Positions 58,522 through 64,000 of a DNA stretch of 64,000 nucleotides are shown here, one piece after another; the stretch's first letter is position 1, and each line of letters starts with the position of its first letter. The notes beneath the pieces are model-generated. The model was not told the DNA's origin. It searched no databases and was given only the letters and a program-made list of their open reading frames with translations. This DNA is from Bacteroidota bacterium. GTDB taxonomy: Bacteria; Bacteroidota; Bacteroidia; Chitinophagales; Saprospiraceae. Both the position numbers and the translations under genes were made by a program. The stretch spans positions 4,710 to 68,709 of the forward strand of contig CAUJEY010000248.1 in assembly GCA_963169325.1 (NCBI GenBank), in the 5' to 3' direction.

Positions 58522-58728
58522 ATGCCAATTATTCCTTATGATCAATCCGAAATTAATACCGGAGTCAGTGCAGATTCCAATGCCTTGGTTGAGATTCCTT
58601 TTGTTGAATTTACACAAAACTGGTATTCCATGTTGATTCGCACCAAAGCAGTGAAAAAACGGAAAACGGATATCAAAATACTTATTCCGATAAAATATCC
58701 AGTTGGGGAGCAGCAAAACCAAGCCTGA
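58522..58728 (+). CDS. Hypothetical small protein, islet ORF 1
   Basis: ATG start. A/T-ending codon usage is uniform with the next two ORFs. Its stop shares one base with the next start. Confidence 0.45.
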   Translation: MPIIPYDQSEINTGVSADSNALVEIPFVEFTQNWYSMLIRTKAVKKRKTDIKILIPIKYPVGEQQNQA

Positions 58729-58964
58729 TGCCCGGTCCGGGCAATAAATTACCGATCAATATGCTCGGCAGAAGCACATTCGGCCGCGCAATGGTTGGCA
58801 GTATTTCAGCAAGTGGCGGCCAAAGTAAAACGGTAACCAATTTGAATGTAAAAGTTGTAAATGAGAAATCAACTTCTGCAACCAACCTTACCATTGATAT
58901 AATCGGTTCAGTAAAAATTGAATTCAAGACCGATTATTTCCCCTCCTTTATTCCGGAAAAATAA
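58728..58964 (+). CDS. Hypothetical small beta-rich protein, islet ORF 2
   Basis: TGATG junction with ORF 1. TVTNLNVKVVNE...LTIDIIGSVKIEFKTDY alternating pattern. Confidence 0.45.
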   Translation: MPGPGNKLPINMLGRSTFGRAMVGSISASGGQSKTVTNLNVKVVNEKSTSATNLTIDIIGSVKIEFKTDYFPSFIPEK

Positions 58965-58975
58965 TAAGCACTAAA

Positions 58976-59473
58976 ATGAACCTGACAGAAGTTGTCCTGC
59001 TCTTACAAAACGAACTGCAAAAATCTTATGAGTATTTGCGAATTAACGCCGCTCAACCGAATGGTAATGATTCGAACTTAATACATTTGAATTTCAATGA
59101 AGTCGAAATCGAATTACCCATAATGATTAAGCTAAAGGAAAGAGGGGTCGCCATCGATTCACTTAAAGATCTACCAGATTATTTGAAATTCATGCGGATT
59201 CCATTTAGCTTGGAATATCAATTAAATCAATTTTCTGCATCAAAAAAAGAACAGGCAGAAAAAAACGTTTCGGCGCAAGAAGGCAATTTAAAAATAGATA
59301 TAGAAAGCATGAAAGTTGCTCCGGGAGAAGAACGAAAAATTCCGGATAAGCGATTTATTTTTGGCAATGAAACCAACATTAGGCTTCTTACGGGTAAAGA
59401 TATTGCTGAAAGAATAGAAAACCAAAGCAATCTTATTTCCAAAATAAAGATCAAATTCAAACCGGTAATTTAG
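58976..59473 (+). CDS. Hypothetical protein, islet ORF 3 (possible trypco2-like fold)
   Basis: It starts 11 nt after ORF 2. N-terminal helix LLLQNELQKSYEYL, then LNFNEVEIELPIMI, with C-terminal SKIKIKFKPVI. The resemblance is from memory only. Confidence 0.5.
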   Translation: MNLTEVVLLLQNELQKSYEYLRINAAQPNGNDSNLIHLNFNEVEIELPIMIKLKERGVAIDSLKDLPDYLKFMRIPFSLEYQLNQFSASKKEQAEKNVSAQEGNLKIDIESMKVAPGEERKIPDKRFIFGNETNIRLLTGKDIAERIENQSNLISKIKIKFKPVI

Positions 59474-59544
59474 AGGCTATTGTATTTTTTCGTTTTTTAT
59501 ATATTATTTTCTTATTCTTCTATTCACCCTGCTGGCCGGAGCCT

Positions 59545-59680
59545 TCCTACTGTGTTCCTGTCGAGCGTCTTACATGCGCAGACAAATATTTTAACGGCCT
59601 TTGTCCGCTTTAGTAATCAAATGCCGACAAGGTTCGTCAATGTATTCGTCTGCGCCTGTAAGACGCTGGACAGCAATGAG
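59545..59680. repeat. Repeat module D, copy 2 (27-bp-stem hairpin 59557-59674)
   Basis: CCTGTCGAGCGTCTTACATGCGCAGAC ... GTCTGCGCCTGTAAGACGCTGGACAGC. The interior is similar to 54820-54860. Confidence 0.65.
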
Positions 59681-60990
59681 ACTTCATTTCTTTCAACCAC
59701 TCAACCACATCCAATGCAAAAACCAATCTTCATCGCCCTTTTTTCGGCTCGAGCGCCCGTACTCAACCCTGCTGGCCCGATGGCTTCCATCTCTTTTCTC
59801 AGTTCGACGTCGGCAATTTACCACCTTTCGCTACCGCGACCGTCAACCTGACCGTCCGGACAAAATGTAATACCTTCCAAACCGGACATGCTTTCTGTTG
59901 GGAAGCCTTCGCCAGGCTGCAAAACGCCTGCACAGCCCCGCCGCCGCAGGCTGAAATACGCTTGTCTGCCGTCTGCACGGGCGATTCGCTGCGATTTACC
60001 CTGAAAAACATCGGAAATGCCCCCACCCAAAACCCGCACGAATACAAAATTATCCGGAACGTGAACCGGCATCTCACTGCGAACTTCAGCCTTGCCCCGC
60101 AGCAATCGTTCTCCGTGGCCGTGCCGGCTGACGGCGCCACCTGGCGCATGGAAGCGACCAAACTCGACGACGGAACCCTTACGGCAACCGCCCTGGAAAA
60201 TTGCGGCGGCCTGACCCCGGGCCTGATCACCGCTTTTTGGCTCGACAAAGGTCCGCTCGAATCCGACTTCGATTGCCGGCAGGTGATCGGCTCTTACGAT
60301 CCCAACCTGAAAAGCGCCGTACCCGCCGGCGCGGGCCTCAACTACACGATAACTGCTAACCGGCCGGTCCAGTACACCATCGACTTCCAGAACACCGGCA
60401 CCGATACGGCCTACCGGGTATTGCTGCGCGATGTGCTGCCGGCCGCGTTTGATTTGAACACGTTCCGCGCGGGTTTCTCTTCGCACCCCTGCACCTGGGA
60501 AATCCGGGGCAATACCCTGGACGTGCTTTTCTCCCCCATCGCTTTGCCCGACAGCAACGTCAACGAACCGGCATCGCGGGGCTTTTTCAGTTTTGAACTG
60601 GATCAAAAGCCCAACTTGCCCGATGGCACATTTTTTCAAAACACCGCCGCTATCATTTTCGATTTCAACCCACCGATTATAACCAACACGGTGTATCACA
60701 CCATTGGAAAACTAACCGTGGATATTGACGAACCGCAACGCTACGCCGACCTGTGGCAAGTGGCGGGCAATCCGACCCGCGATGCCGCTACTTTCAGCGC
60801 TTTGACCTTTGTTGCAGGGGAAAAACGATTCGAGTTGTACGACGCCTCCGGCCGGCCTGTGCGTACAGCCTTGTTTTCCGGGCAGTCGTTCGTGTTTCAG
60901 CGGGATTTGTTGCCGGGTGGCGTGTTCTTTTTCCGGATTGGCGATGAACGGGGAAGGTGGTTTACAGGGAAAATCGTGGTGACGGAGTGA
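59680..60990 (+). pseudogene. 5'-truncated T9SS-sorted protein (paralogous module to the C-terminus of 1999-5361)
   Basis: The frame is open from 59680 with no start codon or signal peptide before the TTG at 59962. YDPNLK...IDFQNTGTDTAYRVLLRD block. C-terminal sorting domain. Confidence 0.5.
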
Positions 60991-61028
60991 AAATAAGTAG
61001 CTGATAAAGACATTAGCCTCGGCAGGTA

Positions 61029-61661
61029 TTATATCCGCATTTTCCTCAAATCCAACTCTAATCCCGGACACACCCCTTCACCCGATAACACATGGTCAAA
61101 GCCGATAAAAGCCGCCTCCGTCCCATCTTCCCGGTAAATCCAGGCCTTTTCCTGCAACGGGTCGATCAGCCAGGCCAGGCGTACGCCGTTGGCGATCCAG
61201 GTGTCGGTCATTTTCTTTTTTAACTTACCGATCCGGTCGGAATTAGAGCGCACCTCGATAACAAAATCGGGCGCCAGGCGGGGAAAACGTTTCCAGTCCT
61301 CGGGTTGCAGGTTGTCTAATCGCTCATCGGAAACCCAGGAGCCGTCGGAAGCGCGGGTGGAGGTATCGGGAAGTTTGAAGCCGGTGGAAGGGCTGAGAAT
61401 GCGGCCTTTTTGGTAATTAAGCCACCAGGTAGAGAGATATGCATAGGCGATCCCTTCACGGGTTCCGCCTTCGAGGTCGACGGGAGGCATAATAATGAGT
61501 TTTCCGTTTTTATCTTGTTCGATCCGGAGATGATCGTTTTCAGCGCAAAATTCCATTAGCTCTTCCTCCGTTATAGGCCGGTCTGCTTTAAACTCTATGT
61601 TCACACCCCGTAGCGTTTTTGGTAACATCAGGGGTTGTTTCAATGCTCTGGCAGCAGTCAT
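61029..61661 (-). CDS. Uma2-family (DUF820) restriction-endonuclease-fold protein
   Basis: ...APDFVIEVRSNSD...KMTDTWIANGVRLAWLIDP... is the typical Uma2 PD-(D/E)xK core. Confidence 0.75.
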   Translation of the reverse strand: MTAARALKQPLMLPKTLRGVNIEFKADRPITEEELMEFCAENDHLRIEQDKNGKLIIMPPVDLEGGTREGIAYAYLSTWWLNYQKGRILSPSTGFKLPDTSTRASDGSWVSDERLDNLQPEDWKRFPRLAPDFVIEVRSNSDRIGKLKKKMTDTWIANGVRLAWLIDPLQEKAWIYREDGTEAAFIGFDHVLSGEGVCPGLELDLRKMRI

Positions 61662-61757
61662 AAATATAAAATTTGTTCAAAGATAAACAGAAAATTGGAA
61701 ACGGTCTTTTGACCATGCAACCATTTAACCCTACTTGCGACTTACCATTCGGCAACC

Positions 61758-62522
61758 ATGCACCTCTACCACGCCATCACCCTGCTCCTCTGTCTATCCT
61801 GTACCCTTTCTCCAAAAGCGCCCTCCCCTACCGCTGCCGTAGCAGTGCCGGCCGATTCCATACCCATCCCCTTTTTCCCAAAACCCGACCGAACCTACCC
61901 GGCCGGCCGCGCACACGTAGCGCAACAACGGGAAGCATTAAAGTCAGCGCACGCCGCCGGACGCATTTCCACGGATTCTGTTGGCAAGGCCTTCACAAAT
62001 TGTCTTTTACAGGAAATCATCCCCCACTGGTACGGCACACCCTGGTCGTTCGGCGGCTACACGGAAAAGCCGGGACAAGACTATATCGCCTGTGGGTATT
62101 TCGTATCCACCACTCTGCTGCACGGCGGACTAAACCTCAACCGCTACCGCCTGGCTCAACAGGGCCCGGCTGATGAAGCGCTGATGCTGAGCCTCGGCGA
62201 CACCGTGCGGGTAACCCGGCGCGGTGACGCGGAAAAAGCGCTGGCGCTGTGGCGCGAACGGCTACGCGACGGTTTGTATTTTATTGGACTCGGCGAAAAT
62301 CACGTGGGATATTTACTGAAACAGGGCGCGGGATTGTTTCTGATCCACTCGAATTATGCGGGCCCTGTGGAGGTGCAATTGCAGCGCGCCGAGGAAAGTG
62401 TTTTAATCGGGTTCCGCGAGTTTTACCTGGCGGATATCACGTTTAACCGGCAATTGATGGAGTATTGGTTGAATGACAGGAAGGTGCCATTGCAAAAAAC
62501 GGGCGTTTTAATGGAATGGTAG
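61758..62522 (+). CDS. Hypothetical lipoprotein
   Basis: MHLYHAITLLLCLSC lipobox. Conserved-looking Cys (YIACGYF) and His (ENHVGYL, LIHSNY) hint at a thiol hydrolase, but this is unverified. Confidence 0.45.
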   Translation: MHLYHAITLLLCLSCTLSPKAPSPTAAVAVPADSIPIPFFPKPDRTYPAGRAHVAQQREALKSAHAAGRISTDSVGKAFTNCLLQEIIPHWYGTPWSFGGYTEKPGQDYIACGYFVSTTLLHGGLNLNRYRLAQQGPADEALMLSLGDTVRVTRRGDAEKALALWRERLRDGLYFIGLGENHVGYLLKQGAGLFLIHSNYAGPVEVQLQRAEESVLIGFREFYLADITFNRQLMEYWLNDRKVPLQKTGVLMEW

Positions 62523-62527
62523 TTACA

Positions 62528-62736
62528 CTGTCCTGCTGTCGAGCGTCTTCAGACGCTCGACAGCAAGAGACACGGAGAATATCGAATGTCGAACAAGGAA
62601 TATCGAATGTCGAAGTTGCGTTGAGTACACCGCATCGCAGAACGCACTACGGGTATTTCGACATTCGATATTCCTTGTTCGACATTCGATATTCTCCGTG
62701 CCGTGGTGAATTAAAATAATCTACGGCGGGAAAAAG
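62528..62736. mobile_element. MITE-like mosaic element, copy 3 (module-D hairpin, nested TCGAA hairpin and conserved right module)
   Basis: Perfect 12-bp stem CTGTCGAGCGTC-TTCA-GACGCTCGACAG (62536-62563). Hairpin 62574-62697. CCGTGGTGAATTAAAATAATCTACGGCGGGAAAAA module. Confidence 0.65.
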
Positions 62737-62743
62737 CCCAACC

Positions 62744-63214
62744 CTAATTCCTCCCCTGTCGCCGCTCCATCCGCTCCAGCCGTTTGGCCCGGGCTTCCTG
62801 CAGTTTGATGACTAACCGTTCGCGGAACTCCCGCTCGGCTGCCGGTATTTTGGCGATTTTGCGCAGCGGCAATACTTTGCGGAGTTTCTGGTACAAGTCG
62901 CGCTCCAGGTCCAGGTCGCGCTGGCGCATTTCAAAGTGGCGTTTGAGTTGATCCTCCACCTCGCTGTCGCTCATGGCGTCCAGTTGTTTTTTGGGTTTGC
63001 GATCGTCCTGCATTTTGTCGCGGCTGTCCTGGTATTCGTTGTAGACCGGCCAGAATCCCTGGGCTTCTTCAGCGGTCAGTTTCAGCACTTCGGTAAAGAT
63101 GGCGACCCGGTAGGCTTTCAGGCGCTCGTCGCGTTTGTCGGGATCAAACTCCTGGGCCTGCAGGGAGGCGCCGAACAGGAGTATCAGCGTGGTGATAAAA
63201 AATGTGTACTTCAT
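62744..63214 (-). CDS. Periplasmic helical protein (Spy/CpxP-like), third gene of an ECF sigma operon
   Basis: Signal peptide. Charged helical repeats. It lies downstream of the sigma/anti-sigma pair on the same strand. Confidence 0.5.
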   Translation of the reverse strand: MKYTFFITTLILLFGASLQAQEFDPDKRDERLKAYRVAIFTEVLKLTAEEAQGFWPVYNEYQDSRDKMQDDRKPKKQLDAMSDSEVEDQLKRHFEMRQRDLDLERDLYQKLRKVLPLRKIAKIPAAEREFRERLVIKLQEARAKRLERMERRQGRN

Positions 63215-63247
63215 GGCGTATGTGTTTATCTGGTATAAAACAGATGG

Positions 63248-63808
63248 TTAAAGCAATTCTTCCAGTTCTTCGTCGGTCATATCGCGGAGCAGTTGTTCCA
63301 GGTCTTCGGGAGAAATCTGAACTTCGTTTTTAGGAGCGGCTGCACCTTCCGGGGTCGTCCCGTGACCCGGGTCGAGCGAGATTTGCGGAAATTCGTCTTC
63401 CGGTAAAATCATGGCAATTTGGTTAAGGTCGAATTCCTGGAGGTTGTCCAGCAGGTAAGTGGCCGCATCCTCTGCCGAAATCGTTGCATCGGCGATGACC
63501 GGGGCCACCGGCGGAGCGATGAAATAGCGCCATCCGACCACCACCATTACCAGCAGCCCGGCCACGGCCAAAGCCAGGCGCGGCTGCCAGAGGTTTTGCA
63601 AAAACTGCCACCAGGAGCGCTGCTGCTTTGTTTTGGAGAAGGCCGCCGGTTTGCGCCGCGCGCCGATGGCGTCTAATTGCCGGAAAACACTGTCTTCCAA
63701 TGCGTCGAAATATTCCCCGGGCACACGCAGGCCGTCCTCTTTTTGCCGCAGCTCGTTCAGAAACGGGGCGTGTTCGTTGAGTTCGTCGTGCAATTTTTCT
63801 TTTTTCAT
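63248..63808 (-). CDS. Putative anti-sigma factor (single TM)
   Basis: It starts 6 nt after the sigma-factor stop. TM LALAVAGLLVMVVVGW. Acidic C-terminus. Confidence 0.55.
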   Translation of the reverse strand: MKKEKLHDELNEHAPFLNELRQKEDGLRVPGEYFDALEDSVFRQLDAIGARRKPAAFSKTKQQRSWWQFLQNLWQPRLALAVAGLLVMVVVGWRYFIAPPVAPVIADATISAEDAATYLLDNLQEFDLNQIAMILPEDEFPQISLDPGHGTTPEGAAAPKNEVQISPEDLEQLLRDMTDEELEELL

Positions 63809-63814
63809 GGTCTT

Positions 63815-64000
63815 TTATATATGATCCGCTTCGCGGAAAAAGGTTTCAATTTTTTTTACCGCATGGTGAAAAGAGGCTTTCAGAGCGCCTATGGAAGTAT
63901 CCAGCATGTTGGACATTTCTTCGTAAGGCATTTCGTCGTAATAGCGCAGATTAAACACGATGCGTTGTTTTTCCGGCAGCTGTGCCATGGCGGTCTGGAG
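63815..64000 (-). CDS. ECF sigma-70 family factor (3' part only; runs off the window)
   Basis: Region 4: LPEKQRIVFNLRYYDEMPYEEMSNMLDTSIGALKASFHHAVKKI. Stop TAA at 63815-63817. Confidence 0.8.
   Translation of the reverse strand, partial: LQTAMAQLPEKQRIVFNLRYYDEMPYEEMSNMLDTSIGALKASFHHAVKKIETFFREADHI

Noticed and set aside
58083-59520. Prophage or integrative element interpretation of the AT-rich islet
   Set aside because: No integrase, recombinase, tRNA attachment site, phage structural gene or clear direct-repeat boundary is visible. The islet is only about 1.4 kb.
59480-59870. 123-aa and 89-aa plus-strand ORFs
   Set aside because: They read through the module-D hairpin and are out of frame with the recognisable T9SS protein fragment. 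They have no motifs.

Overview
The window is 64 kb of a moderately GC-rich bacterial chromosome. I infer Bacteroidota from many type IX secretion (T9SS) C-terminal sorting domains, giant Asp-box/PKD/SprB-type surface proteins, ECF sigma/anti-sigma pairs, a LytTR two-component system and a type-A RNase P RNA. I call about 45 protein-coding genes, one ncRNA (rnpB), and no rRNA, tRNA or CRISPR array. Housekeeping and accessory genes include ubiX, a Ppx/GppA phosphatase, an NRAMP-type transporter, a NadM/Nudix-like enzyme, an M48 peptidase, a C25 gingipain-like peptidase, nucleases (EEP, NucA-type, HNH, Uma2) and sensor kinases. Three things stand out. (1) Intergenic space is packed with long hairpins and one-armed arrays built from 7-9-nt periodic units, plus a mosaic MITE-like family; one palindromic element sits in frame inside a CDS. 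(2) A conspicuously AT-rich islet at 58.1-59.5 kb carries three translationally coupled small ORFs of unknown family, next to a frameshifted, internally deleted STAND-like NTPase and a 5'-truncated T9SS gene. This is my best candidate for an undescribed or decaying conflict module. (3) There is a membrane-anchored PspA/ESCRT-III-like operon and an HNH plus small-ORF pair with an ATGA overlap. All homology statements come from motif recognition by eye; no searches were run.
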